From the sequence record SRR2962707_3760: DNA of 55,905 bases. One strand, written 5' to 3'. How positions within the stretch are numbered: position 1 is the first letter of the stretch; each line of letters begins with the position of its first letter. A program made the position numbers and the translations under genes. Below, one piece after another: positions 29,625 to 40,725 of this stretch. Under the pieces are notes generated by a model. It was not told the DNA's origin. It did no database searches and saw only the letters and a program-made list of their open reading frames with translations.

Positions 29625-30986
29625 TTATAGCGAGGTATTAACCATGTATTCACAACGAATACTTTCGCCAACGACCTTTTCGATTTCTGGAATAAGAAAC
29701 GCATCGTCTTCACTGGCAAAACTCACCGATTTGCCCATTTCACCGCCACGACCAGTACGACCTATACGGTGCACATAATCTTCTGGGTCTTCCGGCAAGG
29801 CATAGTTAACCACCAATTCAATATTATCAACGTGGATACCACGCCCAGCAACATCGGTTGCTACTAATACTTGAATAGTGCCATCTTTAAAGCCTTTCAA
29901 GGTCTTCACTCGTTTATCTTGAGCCACTTCGCCAGACAAGATAGCGCAGTTAATGTTCGCTTTTCTCAGCTTCTCATAAAGGTCGCGTGTTTCATCACGG
30001 CGATTAGCAAAGATAATGGTTCTTTGATTGCCGTTTCCTTCAATTAGTTGCTTAAGCACCGGCCATTTTTGATCGGCTTCAACCGTATAAATAACCTGAT
30101 CAATATTCTGATTGGTCGCTTCTTTAGGCACCACAGACACTTCTTTTGGAAAGTAGGTCCACTGTGTCGCCAAGGCTTGAATGTCTTTCGGGAAAGTCGC
30201 ACTAAACAGCATAGTTTGACGCTTTTCTTTATGCGGCGTCATACGAATGATGCTTTTCACATCGGGAATAAAGCCCATGGATAACATGCGGTCCGCTTCG
30301 TCTAAAACCAAACACTCAACATGGCTCAGCAACACTTTCTTATGACGAGCAAAGTCCAACAATCGACCTGGTGTTGCCACCAAGATATCAACATTTTCAG
30401 TTTCCAACTGGCGCTTCTGCTTTTCATAACTCATGCCACCAACCAAGGCAACGACGTTCAAATGACTGTTGTCAGTCAATTTAACCGCTTCTTCAGCGAT
30501 CTGTAGAGCAAGCTCTCGTGTCGGCGCTATGATCAAGCCACGGGCCAAGTTATTGGCTCGCTTTTCAACCAGTGGGTAATCCAAAAAGTCACTGATCATG
30601 GCAATCAAAAAGGCCGCTGTTTTACCGGTTCCTGTTTGCGCCTGACCAATCAAATCATAACCTTGCAAGGTCATTGGCAAGGTTTCAGCCTGTATTTCAC
30701 TGCAATATTCAAAGCCCATTTCTTCAATCGACTTCAAAACACGATCAGGTAAATTTAAATCATGAAAACGTGTTTTACCTTCAACTTCAGGGACCTTGAA
30801 GTCATCAATAGACCAGGCTTTACTACCACTACGCGGTGGCGCCTCAACAGCCGGTGAATCAGATGTTTCGTTTACTGATTTCTCTGCGGCAGCAGGATTT
30901 CCTGTCTTAAAACGCTTATTAGAACGACGTGGGCGTTTGGCTTTTGGTTTTTGCTCTGATGTAGTTTCTGTCTTTTGGTTTTCCAT
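29625..30986 (-). CDS. rhlB: DEAD-box RNA helicase, RhlB-like
   Basis: AQTGTGKT, PTRELA, DEAD, SAT and HRIGRTGR; N-terminal GKTRFHD; start uncertain (30986 or 31067). Confidence 0.8.
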   Translation of the reverse strand: MENQKTETTSEQKPKAKRPRRSNKRFKTGNPAAAEKSVNETSDSPAVEAPPRSGSKAWSIDDFKVPEVEGKTRFHDLNLPDRVLKSIEEMGFEYCSEIQAETLPMTLQGYDLIGQAQTGTGKTAAFLIAMISDFLDYPLVEKRANNLARGLIIAPTRELALQIAEEAVKLTDNSHLNVVALVGGMSYEKQKRQLETENVDILVATPGRLLDFARHKKVLLSHVECLVLDEADRMLSMGFIPDVKSIIRMTPHKEKRQTMLFSATFPKDIQALATQWTYFPKEVSVVPKEATNQNIDQVIYTVEADQKWPVLKQLIEGNGNQRTIIFANRRDETRDLYEKLRKANINCAILSGEVAQDKRVKTLKGFKDGTIQVLVATDVAGRGIHVDNIELVVNYALPEDPEDYVHRIGRTGRGGEMGKSVSFASEDDAFLIPEIEKVVGESIRCEYMVNTSL

Positions 30987-31084
30987 ATTGGAATCTATAT
31001 GCTTCTTATGTATTTTACGTTTATGTATCTTTGCGTGGAGTGTACCTAAATGACAGGCCTTTATCACCCCTTGCTTTTCGTAAG

Positions 31085-33208
31085 TTATTGTTGTCGATAA
31101 GGTGGCAGACTATTTATTAGCTGCTGTCCATAGCGTTTTGTTCGTAATCGTTTGTCTAAAATATGAATTTCACCGGAGTCGGTCTCACTGCGCAATAAGC
31201 GCCCTGTCGCCTGCACCAATCGCAATGACGCATCCGGAATGGTGATTTCCATAAAGGGGTTACCACCACGTTTTTGAATCCACTCAGCAAGCGTCGCCTC
31301 AACGGGGTCATCCGGTACTGCAAAAGGAATCTTGGCGATGTAAACACAGGTCAAATAATTCCCTGGTAAATCCACCCCCTCCGCAAAACTGGCCAAACCA
31401 AACAGCAGGCTACCTTTACCAGCATCAATGCGCGCACGGTGAGAATCTAAAATCACCCGTTTCGATTGCTCTCCTTGCATCAGCAACACTTCTTGCAAAC
31501 CTGGTGCCAAAGACTGCGCAACTTCTTCCATTTGACGACGCGAAGAAAACAATACCAAACTGCCTTTTTCCTTATCCACTTGCTTATCAAGATACTGGAC
31601 AATTTCTTTGGTGTGCTGTTCTACACGATTTGGTTCGTTTTCCATGTCTGGAATCACCAACAAACCGTGCTTTTGAAAGTCAAAAGGGCTCAATACGCGC
31701 AGGTATTCGCTTTCTTGAGGCACCCCAGAACGCATATTGAAGCGATGAAATTGATTCAGCGCTGTCAGTGTGGCCGAGGTCACAACGGCGCCAAAACACT
31801 TATCCCAAAGCTGCTGACGCAAGGTGTGCGCCGCCAAGATTGGCGAACCACCCAGCTCAATATCCTGCTCCATGCCCTGCCCTGTGACCACTAACCAACG
31901 CGCATTAGGCGGGTATTTCTGATCATCCACGGCAGAATAAAGTCGCCACAACTCAACACACTGCTCCAGTCGGCCTAAAATCACCCCCAAAATCGGCTGC
32001 CAAGTTTCGGCCGTTTCGGGCGTCACTCCAATCCCTTCATTTTGTTTGGTCTTTTTACACTCATCCTGAATACTTTCAATATTATTGAAGAGTTTTTGGT
32101 ATGAGGTCTGCAAACTATACGCCAGCTGGCGCAACTCATCGGGAACAACCCCAAATTCAAAGCGATGCTGATTGTTATCCTGATCCAAGCCCAAACCTTG
32201 AATATAAGGCGCTAAACCTTGTTGTGCATACTGAATAAAATTCACAATGGCTTGGATTTGCTGAGGAATTTTAAGCAACAACTGCCCGGTCAAACTGACA
32301 TCGTCGGTCAACTCTTGCTTTAAGTTCACCAGATTTTTTTCTAACTGTCGTAACCAAGTAATACTTTGCTGCAAGCGCACTTCATGACGGAAATGACCAA
32401 TGGCTTTATCTGGTAGGTGATGTCCTTCATCAAAAACATAAATCGTTTCTTTAGGCGGCGTTAGAATAGCACCGCCACCAAGGGAAAGATCCGCCAACAC
32501 CAAATCATGGTTAGCAACAATCACGTCGGCATCTTCAATCTCACCGCGGGCTTTGAAAAATGGGCAAGCAGAATAATTCGCACAATTGCGATTGGTACAC
32601 TGCTGATGATCCGTGGTCAGACGGCGCCAATCCTGATCGCGGATAATGCCTTCCCAGTTGTCTTTGTCGCCATCCCACTCACCTTTAGACAAGGCAAGAT
32701 CCATCTCTTGATAAAGCGGCGTATTCACATCATCAACCTGCAAATGCTGCTCAAACAAACCGGCAAACATGTCTTCCATGCCCTGCTCTTCTGTGCTCAA
32801 AAACCCTTCAAGGTTATTCAAACAAAGATAGCGCCCACGCCCTTTTGCCAAGGTGTATTTAAAGCTTAAAGCCGTGTGTTCCAGTAAATTAGGCAATTCC
32901 TTGTGCAGAATCTGCTCTTGCAACGCCACGGTAGCCGTCGAAATAATCAACTTGAGGCCACGCGCCTTCGCAATCGGAATCGCCGCAAGGCAATAGGATA
33001 AAGTTTTACCCGTACCCGTACCGGCCTCAACCACAGCCACGTGCTTTTCACCTAAGCGTTCACCTTCGCTGTCTTGTTTAATATTCCCCAAGGTGCGAGC
33101 GATCGCGCCGATCATCTGACGCTGACCAACCCTAGGTTTATGGGACTTTGCTTCCAGTGAGGCACGGTAAGCAAGATGAATTTGTGTTTTTAGTTCGTCT
33201 GAAAGCAT
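31085..33208 (-). CDS. dinG: ATP-dependent DNA helicase DinG
   Basis: EAGTGTGKT, KGRGRYLC, Fe-S cysteines, DEGH and QATGRLLR. Confidence 0.95.
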   Translation of the reverse strand: MLSDELKTQIHLAYRASLEAKSHKPRVGQRQMIGAIARTLGNIKQDSEGERLGEKHVAVVEAGTGTGKTLSYCLAAIPIAKARGLKLIISTATVALQEQILHKELPNLLEHTALSFKYTLAKGRGRYLCLNNLEGFLSTEEQGMEDMFAGLFEQHLQVDDVNTPLYQEMDLALSKGEWDGDKDNWEGIIRDQDWRRLTTDHQQCTNRNCANYSACPFFKARGEIEDADVIVANHDLVLADLSLGGGAILTPPKETIYVFDEGHHLPDKAIGHFRHEVRLQQSITWLRQLEKNLVNLKQELTDDVSLTGQLLLKIPQQIQAIVNFIQYAQQGLAPYIQGLGLDQDNNQHRFEFGVVPDELRQLAYSLQTSYQKLFNNIESIQDECKKTKQNEGIGVTPETAETWQPILGVILGRLEQCVELWRLYSAVDDQKYPPNARWLVVTGQGMEQDIELGGSPILAAHTLRQQLWDKCFGAVVTSATLTALNQFHRFNMRSGVPQESEYLRVLSPFDFQKHGLLVIPDMENEPNRVEQHTKEIVQYLDKQVDKEKGSLVLFSSRRQMEEVAQSLAPGLQEVLLMQGEQSKRVILDSHRARIDAGKGSLLFGLASFAEGVDLPGNYLTCVYIAKIPFAVPDDPVEATLAEWIQKRGGNPFMEITIPDASLRLVQATGRLLRSETDSGEIHILDKRLRTKRYGQQLINSLPPYRQQ

Positions 33209-33235
33209 TTAAATTATTGAGTATCTTGAATAATG

Positions 33236-33251
33236 CTGTATATAATAACAG
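33236..33251. promoter_or_regulatory. LexA SOS box 1
   Basis: CTGTATATAATAACAG = CTG-N10-CAG; contains the TATAAT -10 of lexA (TTGAGT -35 at 33217). Confidence 0.92.
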
Positions 33252-33254
33252 TTA

Positions 33255-33270
33255 CTGTATAAACAACCAG
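33255..33270. promoter_or_regulatory. LexA SOS box 2
   Basis: CTGTATAAACAACCAG = CTG-N10-CAG. Confidence 0.9.
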
Positions 33271-33278
33271 ATGGCGCT

Positions 33279-33899
33279 ATGATTAAATTAACCAACAGAC
33301 AATCTGACGTACTAGAAACCATTCGCGAATTTATTAGCGAGACTGGCTTTCCTCCGACACGCGCAGAAATCGCCAGCCGCCTAGGATTCAAATCCCCTAA
33401 TGCCGCTGAAGAACACCTGAAGGCTCTTGCCAAGAAAGGCGCAATCGAAATGCTTTCTGGGGCATCACGCGGCATCCGCTTACTTGAAGAGCCAGCCCCC
33501 GCCGAAAACATCGAGCCTGGGCTGCCTGTTATTGGTAAAGTCGCCGCCGGCTTCCCGATTCTTGCCCAAGAAAACATTGCGTCTCACGTCAATGTTCCTG
33601 CCGCCATGTTCTCCCCTAAAGCAGACTATCTTCTGTCTGTCTCAGGCACCAGTATGAAAAATATTGGCATTATGGAAGGCGACTTACTTGCCGTGCACAA
33701 AACAACCGCCATACGAGACGGGCAAATCGTTGTTGCGCGCATTGGAGAAGAAGTCACTGTAAAACGCTTCTTTCAAAAAGGCAGCATTATCCGCTTAGCA
33801 CCAGAGAATGAAGATTTTGACGACATCATTGTGGACTTAGAAAGCGAAGAGTTTGCCATTGAAGGACTCTCCGTTGGCGTCATTCGCCAAACCATCTAA
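33279..33899 (+). CDS. lexA: SOS repressor LexA
   Basis: [21 protein letters not shown] cleavage site, GTSM and VTVKR. Confidence 0.97.
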   Translation: MIKLTNRQSDVLETIREFISETGFPPTRAEIASRLGFKSPNAAEEHLKALAKKGAIEMLSGASRGIRLLEEPAPAENIEPGLPVIGKVAAGFPILAQENIASHVNVPAAMFSPKADYLLSVSGTSMKNIGIMEGDLLAVHKTTAIRDGQIVVARIGEEVTVKRFFQKGSIIRLAPENEDFDDIIVDLESEEFAIEGLSVGVIRQTI

Positions 33900-33916
33900 C
33901 TAAGCCAGCAAAACAC

Positions 33917-33948
33917 AAAAAAGGCGAAGCAAACACTTCGCCTTTTTT
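33917..33948. terminator. Bidirectional intrinsic terminator
   Basis: AAAAAAGGCGAAG-loop-CTTCGCCTTTTTT between convergent genes. Confidence 0.85.
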
Positions 33949-34213
33949 AATGGAGAATTTTTGGCCTTAGATCCATATCGTCTAGATGTTCTGTTTCATC
34001 GCCAAACGTTGGCTCTTCTGAATAAACAAAATCAATGCCGGCATGAAACATACATTTAGCCAATTCAAAATAACGTTCTTTAAGATAATCTTTAGTATCG
34101 TCCGAAATGCTCAATGTGGCCAAAGGCTCGGTCGTCTCGCCTTCGTCGCCCACCGGACGTAACACAATATCACCGTTATCCAGCTCAACTATTTCGAGAT
34201 AAGATTCTTTCAT
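33947..34213 (-). CDS. Small acidic conserved hypothetical protein
   Basis: 88-aa ORF tightly packed after the upstream gene; YLEIVELDNGDIVLR start. Confidence 0.75.
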   Translation of the reverse strand: MKESYLEIVELDNGDIVLRPVGDEGETTEPLATLSISDDTKDYLKERYFELAKCMFHAGIDFVYSEEPTFGDETEHLDDMDLRPKILH

Positions 34214-34215
34214 AT

Positions 34216-34686
34216 TTAATACTCTGAGGACTCTTCTCTAAAACGCAACACCAACTCCGTCAGCTTTGATAAAAACAAATTAATCGATGCGCCGTCATCT
34301 CCACCACGACCAATCAAATTTACCTCACTGGCTTTCGCAAACATCGATGAACGACATTCGAATTGAACCAAGTAAGCTTGCTCCAATTGATTTAACCAAG
34401 AATTTGGCTGTGACGACAAGTCTTGCAATTCTGCTAATACAGGCACCACAACACCGTTAGCTTGCGCTTCTCTTAGTAAACTCTCTAGCTGCAAGCCAGA
34501 GGCGAGCTGGTACGCCAGACTCACCTCTTGCAACAGACCATTCAGCGCACTTCGCAAATGAAAGATGGCCGCGCTTTCTAACCCTACGCTCAGCCAAGAC
34601 TCATTTCCGTCTTGGCTTTGGCGTAGGAAGCGACGCGCCGAATCTAATTTTTGGTTGGTGAGACTCGCCGGAGTCGCCGCACTCAT
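34216..34686 (-). CDS. Hypothetical protein (DUF6586-like)
   Basis: TNQKLDSAR...[12 protein letters not shown] overlap with the topA stop; family name is tentative. Confidence 0.65.
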   Translation of the reverse strand: MSAATPASLTNQKLDSARRFLRQSQDGNESWLSVGLESAAIFHLRSALNGLLQEVSLAYQLASGLQLESLLREAQANGVVVPVLAELQDLSSQPNSWLNQLEQAYLVQFECRSSMFAKASEVNLIGRGGDDGASINLFLSKLTELVLRFREESSEY

Positions 34687-37313
34687 TTCTTTTTCTTCCC
34701 TTCTTCGATCACCCACTGCTTACCAACATAAAATGCTTTCCAGCCCGTTGGTTTGCCTTCTTCCTCGGTCATCACGTATTGTTCTTTGGTTTTACGACTG
34801 TAACGAACAATGGTCGGGCGTCCTTCTGCATCCATCACTGGCGCAGTAGAGAAAAAGTGATATTTAGGGTCAATTTGTTCCATGTAAGGCAACAACTCTT
34901 TCACCAAGGGCGCTCGAGTTTCTCGCTTACGTGGAAATTGGCTCGCCGCCAAGAACAGACCAGTTGCCCCATCGCGCAGCACATAATGGTCTTCTACTTT
35001 CTGACAAGCAAGGTCAGGCATAGGCACAGGGTCCATTTTCGGTGGCGCTGCTTCGCCGCTTTTCAGCAACTTACGCGTGTTTTTACAATCTTCGCTGGTA
35101 CAGCCAAAATACTTACCAAATCGTCCAGTTTTAAGCTGCATCTCTGAGCCACACTTGTCGCACTCAAGCACAGGACCATCGTAGCCTTTAATTTTAAAGG
35201 TACCTTCTTCCACTTCGTAACCTGGGCAAGTCGGGTTATTACCACAGACATGCAGCTTACGATGTTCGTCCATCAAGTAACTGTCCATTGCAGAACTACA
35301 GATACTACAACGGCGCTTGTTAATCAGTGCTTTAGATTCCGCTTCGTCGTCATCAACGGCCACGGCTTCTTCACCACGGGTTAGATTGATCGTTGCTTTA
35401 CAACGCTCTTTCGGTGGTAATGCGTAACCAGAACACGACATAAACACACCCGTACTCGCGGTACGAATCTGCATTGGGCGTGAACAAGTCGGGCATTCGA
35501 TGTCCGTTGGTGTTGGTGCATTCAGCAGCATCCCCTCTTCTGGGTCTTCTGCTTTCGCCAACACACTGCTAAATCCTTGATAAAAGGCATTCAGCGCTTC
35601 AATCCAGTTCTCGCGACCTTCTGCGACTTCATCAAGCTGCTCTTCCATTTGCGCGGTAAAACTGTAATTCATTAAGGAGTGGAAACTCCCTACCAGCCTC
35701 TCGGTGACAATGTCGCCCATTTTTTCGGCGTAAAAACGACGGTTTTCAACGCGAACATAACCACGATCTTGGATGGTAGAAATAATCGAGGCGTAGGTAG
35801 ATGGTCGGCCGATGCCACGCTTTTCAAGCTCTTTTACCAAACTCGCTTCACTAAAGCGCGCTGACGGCTTAGTAAAGTGCTGTTCTGGCAACAAGGACTC
35901 AAGAGACAAGGTCTCGCCTTTTGATACATCAGGCAGAATATTGTCATCGCCTTTTTTCACAACACCCTGCATCGCTCGAGTGTAACCATCAAAACGTAAA
36001 ATACGCCCTTTGGCCTTAAACTCATAATCGCCGGCGGTTACCGTCACCGTGGTGGAGGTGTAAAGCGCTGGTGTCATCTGACACGCCATAAACTGTGCAC
36101 GAATCAACTCATATAGGCGGTGAGCGTCTTTCTCCATGCTTAGCAGGTCTTCTTGACGCACACTGACATCAGAAGGACGAATCGCCTCGTGGGCCTCTTG
36201 AGCGCCTTCTTTGCTGCTGTATCGAATCGGTTCTTCTGGCAAATAGTCTTTGCCGAACTTCTCAACAATGTAACCACGCAAGGCATCAACCGCTTCCAAA
36301 CTCAAATTGGTCGAGTCGGTACGCATGTAAGTGATGTAACCCGCTTCGTACAAACGCTGAGCCAACATCATGGTTTTCTTCACGCCATAACCAAGACGAG
36401 TGCTGGCAGCTTGCTGCAACGTCGAGGTAATAAACGGAGCGGAAGGCTTGCTGCTAGTGGGCTTGTCTTCGCGATTGCTGACCAGATACTGAGCGCCGTT
36501 CAAACGCGCGACATGCTCATCAGATTGCGCCTGGCTTTCAGGACGGTATTCTTTGCCCTGATATTTTACCGCGGCAAATTTGATTGTGTCTTTGGCTGGC
36601 GTGGTGAGCTCTGCGTCTAATTCCCAAAATTCATCAGGAACAAAAGCACGAATTTCTTTTTCTCGCTCTACGATCAAGCGTACCGCAACCGACTGAACGC
36701 GCCCCGCGGACAAGCCACGAGCCACTTTCGCCCACAATAATGGCGAGACCATGAAGCCAACAACGCGGTCTAAGAAACGACGCGCTTGCTGTGCATTTAC
36801 ACGGTTCATATCCAGTTCGGATGGGGTTTCAAACGCCGCTTGAATGGCTTTTTTAGTAATCTCGTTAAACACCACGCGTTTATAGCGACTGTCGTCGCCA
36901 CCGATGGCTTCACGAAGGTGCCATGCAATGGCCTCACCCTCTCTATCCAAATCGGTTGCGAGATAAATAGTGTCAGCATTTTTAGCAAGGCGGCGTAATT
37001 CATCCACCACCTTTTCTTTACCTGGAAGCACTTCGTAATGCGCTTCCCAGTTATTTTCAGGGTCGACACCCATGCGCGAAATCAACTGCTGACGAGATTT
37101 GCGACGCTTGTGCTCAACCTTTTCTTCCGGGCTCATCTTTCGCGTCAGGGCCGCTTGTTTTGCGCGCTCCTGCGGAGTTGATTTTGCTGTTGTACCCGAA
37201 GGTAAGTCTCGAATGTGTCCCACACTCGATTTAACAACATAATCGTTGCCTAGGTATTTATTGATGGTTTTCGCCTTAGCGGGCGATTCCACGATAACCA
37301 GTGATTTTCCCAT
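34683..37313 (-). CDS. topA: DNA topoisomerase I
   Basis: [35 protein letters not shown] and C-terminal Zn ribbons. Confidence 0.98.
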   Translation of the reverse strand: MGKSLVIVESPAKAKTINKYLGNDYVVKSSVGHIRDLPSGTTAKSTPQERAKQAALTRKMSPEEKVEHKRRKSRQQLISRMGVDPENNWEAHYEVLPGKEKVVDELRRLAKNADTIYLATDLDREGEAIAWHLREAIGGDDSRYKRVVFNEITKKAIQAAFETPSELDMNRVNAQQARRFLDRVVGFMVSPLLWAKVARGLSAGRVQSVAVRLIVEREKEIRAFVPDEFWELDAELTTPAKDTIKFAAVKYQGKEYRPESQAQSDEHVARLNGAQYLVSNREDKPTSSKPSAPFITSTLQQAASTRLGYGVKKTMMLAQRLYEAGYITYMRTDSTNLSLEAVDALRGYIVEKFGKDYLPEEPIRYSSKEGAQEAHEAIRPSDVSVRQEDLLSMEKDAHRLYELIRAQFMACQMTPALYTSTTVTVTAGDYEFKAKGRILRFDGYTRAMQGVVKKGDDNILPDVSKGETLSLESLLPEQHFTKPSARFSEASLVKELEKRGIGRPSTYASIISTIQDRGYVRVENRRFYAEKMGDIVTERLVGSFHSLMNYSFTAQMEEQLDEVAEGRENWIEALNAFYQGFSSVLAKAEDPEEGMLLNAPTPTDIECPTCSRPMQIRTASTGVFMSCSGYALPPKERCKATINLTRGEEAVAVDDDEAESKALINKRRCSICSSAMDSYLMDEHRKLHVCGNNPTCPGYEVEEGTFKIKGYDGPVLECDKCGSEMQLKTGRFGKYFGCTSEDCKNTRKLLKSGEAAPPKMDPVPMPDLACQKVEDHYVLRDGATGLFLAASQFPRKRETRAPLVKELLPYMEQIDPKYHFFSTAPVMDAEGRPTIVRYSRKTKEQYVMTEEEGKPTGWKAFYVGKQWVIEEGKKKK

Positions 37314-37402
37314 TGAACTGTATAAGCCTTATTAAGTCCGTCTGCAAAATGTATGTACGTCTGCAAATCTACGTGAGTGTAGTTTAGCCTTTCGGGGCGC
37401 TG

Positions 37403-37431
37403 ATATTAAGCAAACACCTTTTATATGACAA
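37403..37431 (-). promoter_or_regulatory. Putative sigma70 promoter of topA
   Basis: TTGTCA-17 nt-TAATAT followed by GC-rich CAGCGCCCC. Confidence 0.55.
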
Positions 37432-37518
37432 GCGATCACTGTATTGTTTCTCACATTATCGCTTGCTGAATCCAGTATTTCTTATTTAACATACTGAATT
37501 CATTGCTTAAGGACAATC

Positions 37519-38304
37519 ATGGCACTCCTACAAATTCTTACAATTGCTATTTTAATGATTATTGTGGTGCTTTCCGTCGTCATTGGTTCACGCGCGCACC
37601 AAAAAGAAAAAGAACAGACCGAACGTCGTTTTAGGCAACTTCAGTTATCCAATCGAGCGGATCGCGTGGAGTACCATTTACAAAGTCTAAAAGACATTGA
37701 TACGGACACCATTGCCAGTGACGCCCTGTACGATTATTACATTGATACCTTGCGCGAATTATTACAATACACAGACGACGTTGAACGCACAGAAGTTCGC
37801 ATTGCCAAAGCAGAAGACGATCGCAATGCAGAACCCATTGAATTCAACCCAACACCTAGCCCTCTGAGCTTTCAGCAAAAAGCCAATTACAAAGAGCGCC
37901 TAACAAAAGTAGCCAAAATGTTGCTTTTCTTAAGACGTCGAGGCCGCCTTAGCAACGCACACTATAAGGCATGTTACGACTATTTGCGCTGGTTAAACTT
38001 GTGGGTGCAACTCAATCGCCAAATTGTGCAAGCCAATAAAAACTTCGAAAGTGGCGATGTTCGTGTCGCGCAGACCTTGTATGGTGTGATTTTGTCTCAC
38101 CTTAAATCCGACCCCATCGAAAGGCCGGAAAAGAAAGCTTTACAGACCTTTGTCACCGACAAGATGAAACAAATCATCGCCCCTAAAATTGAAGCCATAC
38201 AGGACACAGAAAACCAAGAAGAAGCCTTAAGCCAACTCCTTCAAAATCTGAACAGCAACGAAGGCGCTTCCGATTTGATCAACGATAAACCTGAGCGCCA
38301 CTGA
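37519..38304 (+). CDS. Hypothetical protein with an N-terminal membrane anchor and helical body
   Basis: 261-aa ORF with AAGGA SD and hydrophobic residues about 3-24. Confidence 0.8.
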   Translation: MALLQILTIAILMIIVVLSVVIGSRAHQKEKEQTERRFRQLQLSNRADRVEYHLQSLKDIDTDTIASDALYDYYIDTLRELLQYTDDVERTEVRIAKAEDDRNAEPIEFNPTPSPLSFQQKANYKERLTKVAKMLLFLRRRGRLSNAHYKACYDYLRWLNLWVQLNRQIVQANKNFESGDVRVAQTLYGVILSHLKSDPIERPEKKALQTFVTDKMKQIIAPKIEAIQDTENQEEALSQLLQNLNSNEGASDLINDKPERH

Positions 38305-38305
38305 T

Positions 38306-38788
38306 TTATTTCAATGGCATTTCTGCTAAGGAAGGCAGTAATTTCGCCATCACGTCGACCATTTCCTCTCCTCCCGCCTCTTGCCAATAGGCGACGACAG
38401 ATTCGCGCGAAATTTCTATCGCCATTACCGAGTTCAACAATAACGCCAAATTGGCCTTATCTTGGTCACTTAACGGCAGTATTTGGTTAGACCACCAGCC
38501 AGCAGTAACTTCTTGATATTTCCACACATCGTAGGTAAGCAAGAGCACTTTATCGGTCATCTGCTCCAAGGGTTTGGCGCGATAATGCGCATAACCACAC
38601 ACTTTATGCGCTTCCTTTGATTTATCCCACTTGTCTGGCAGCCCGATTGATGTAAGCTGCACAATAAGATTATGCTGTCTTGCAAGCATCCTTAGTGCCA
38701 TCCGACGTCGCTCTTGCTTCGGAGGCATGATCCACAACGCGGAACCCATAAGGGATAGTGTAATAAGCACAACAATTAGCGCAGTCAT
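38306..38788 (-). CDS. Hypothetical protein with an N-terminal membrane anchor
   Basis: 160-aa ORF with a hydrophobic N-terminus followed by RRMALRMLAR. Confidence 0.75.
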   Translation of the reverse strand: MTALIVVLITLSLMGSALWIMPPKQERRRMALRMLARQHNLIVQLTSIGLPDKWDKSKEAHKVCGYAHYRAKPLEQMTDKVLLLTYDVWKYQEVTAGWWSNQILPLSDQDKANLALLLNSVMAIEISRESVVAYWQEAGGEEMVDVMAKLLPSLAEMPLK

Positions 38789-38848
38789 TAAGCGTCTCTT
38801 TATATTTTTGGACTAAAATTAATTATACCGTTGAATTTGGAGGTTTTT

Positions 38849-39286
38849 ATGTTGTACAAACGAGTTTTACTTGCAGTCGATCTCACTGATGAAAGCATCA
38901 AGGTGGCCAACAAAGCCGCGTCCCTATGTTCTTCACTAGGAGCAGAGTTGATCATCGTACACGTCATAGAGTCATTAAACTACGCCTATGGCGGTGACGT
39001 ACCCATTGACATAACCGACATTCAAAAACAGCTACAAGACACCGCTAAAGAGCGCATGTCCATGCTACAAGAGCAACTTGACATCACAGTGGCTGAAACA
39101 TGCGTCACACAAGGTGGTATTGAAAGTGAAATTCACCGCATTGCGGAAGAAAAACACGTAGACCTTATCACTGTCGGTAGCCACGGACGACATGGCCTCG
39201 CATTGCTTCTTGGTTCCACTGCCAATGGCGTTCTGCATGGCGCGCCTTGCGACGTGCTGGCAGTACGAGTGCAAAAAGAGCAATAA
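38849..39286 (+). CDS. Universal stress protein (UspA family)
   Basis: YKRVLLAVDL and GSHGRHGLALLLGSTANGVLHGAPCDVLAVR; GGAGG SD before ATG 38849. Confidence 0.93.
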   Translation: MLYKRVLLAVDLTDESIKVANKAASLCSSLGAELIIVHVIESLNYAYGGDVPIDITDIQKQLQDTAKERMSMLQEQLDITVAETCVTQGGIESEIHRIAEEKHVDLITVGSHGRHGLALLLGSTANGVLHGAPCDVLAVRVQKEQ

Positions 39287-39325
39287 AAAAAAGGCGATAC
39301 CTGATATGTGCAGGTATCGCCTTTT
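39285..39325. terminator. Bidirectional intrinsic terminator
   Basis: AAAAGGCGATACCTG-loop-CAGGTATCGCCTTTT. Confidence 0.85.
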
Positions 39326-39337
39326 ATTCTACTAACG

Positions 39338-40720
39338 TTAGCGTCGAGTCCAGGAAGTCCCTTCTCGGCTGTCCAGCAACTCAATACCTTGATCCGCTAA
39401 TTCATCACGAATTTCATCACTGCGCGCAAAGTTTTTATCTTTACGAGCTTGAGTACGCTCATCAATCAAGGCTTGAATGCCCGCTTCGTCCAATCCTTCA
39501 GAAACCGTACTGTTCTGTAAGAAGTACTCTGGATCTTGCTTAAGCAAACCAAGCAAATCGGCCAATGCTAACAACTCTGCCGCCAACAATTCCGCCTGAG
39601 CAACATTGTCCGTTTTCGCTTTATTCAGCTCACGAACCAATTCAAACAACACAGACACAGCAACCGCCGTATTAAAGTCGTCCTTCATCGCCGTTTCAAA
39701 GCGCTCAGTAAATTCCGTAGGAACATACTCAGCAGAGGCCGCTTGACCTCGCAATGCGGTGTAAAGGCGCTCTAATGCAACTTTTGCCTCATTGAGGCTT
39801 TGATCAGAATAATCAATCGCGCTTCGATATTGGCTAGACACCATCAAATAACGAACCACTTCAGGGTTGTACTTTGCCAACACATCGCGCACGGTAAAGA
39901 AGTTACCCAGCGATTTTGACATTTTCTCATTGTTAACACGAACCGCGCCACAATGTACCCAGTAATTAACGTAATCCTTGCCCGTTGCCGCTTCAGACTG
40001 AGCAATTTCGTTCTCATGATGCGGAAACTTAAGGTCGGGGCCGCCACCATGAATATCAAAATGACTGCCTAGGCAATTTGTCGACATGGCAGAACACTCG
40101 ATGTGCCAACCTGGGCGACCTATCCCCCAAGGAGATGGCCAAGACACTTCGCCTTCTTTCGCTTGCTTCCACAAAACGAAATCGGCCGGATGCTCTTTTG
40201 CCACTTCAACATCAATACGCGCCCCCGCCAACATGTCTTCAAGCTTACGATTATTTAGCTTGCCATACTCTTTGAAGGCTTCAGTGCGGTAATACACATC
40301 CCCTGACGCCCCATGGTAGGCAAACCCTTTATCAATAAGCACTTGAATCATGTCGATGATTTCTTGCATGAACTCAGTGGCTTTCGGCTCGCGGTCTGGC
40401 ATTTTGTTGCCAAGACGCAATTCGTCTTCACGCTGCGCCGCAATCATTCGCTCAGTCAGCGCCTGAGTCGATTCGTTGTTTTCTTCTGCGCGTTTGATGA
40501 TTTTATCATCCACATCCGTGATGTTGCGCACATAGTTCAACTCGTAACCGAGGTGACGAATAAAACGAGAAATTACATCAAAGGAAATCATCGCTCGAGC
40601 GTGACCAATATGGCAATAGTCGTAGACAGTGTTACCACAGACATACATGCCGACTTTGCCTTCTTCAATTGGCTTGAAAATTTCTTTCTTCCCGCTTAGG
40701 GTGTTGTAAATCTTCAACAT
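39338..40720 (-). CDS. cysS: Cysteine--tRNA ligase
   Basis: HIGH, GRPGWHIECSAM and KMSKS. Confidence 0.98.
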   Translation of the reverse strand: MLKIYNTLSGKKEIFKPIEEGKVGMYVCGNTVYDYCHIGHARAMISFDVISRFIRHLGYELNYVRNITDVDDKIIKRAEENNESTQALTERMIAAQREDELRLGNKMPDREPKATEFMQEIIDMIQVLIDKGFAYHGASGDVYYRTEAFKEYGKLNNRKLEDMLAGARIDVEVAKEHPADFVLWKQAKEGEVSWPSPWGIGRPGWHIECSAMSTNCLGSHFDIHGGGPDLKFPHHENEIAQSEAATGKDYVNYWVHCGAVRVNNEKMSKSLGNFFTVRDVLAKYNPEVVRYLMVSSQYRSAIDYSDQSLNEAKVALERLYTALRGQAASAEYVPTEFTERFETAMKDDFNTAVAVSVLFELVRELNKAKTDNVAQAELLAAELLALADLLGLLKQDPEYFLQNSTVSEGLDEAGIQALIDERTQARKDKNFARSDEIRDELADQGIELLDSREGTSWTRR

Positions 40721-40725
40721 CTCAA

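Noticed and set aside
33209-33577. 122-aa ORF antisense to lexA, and similar shadow ORFs (for example 50148-50762 and 54340-54873)
   Set aside because: They overlap well-supported genes on the opposite strand and show no motifs
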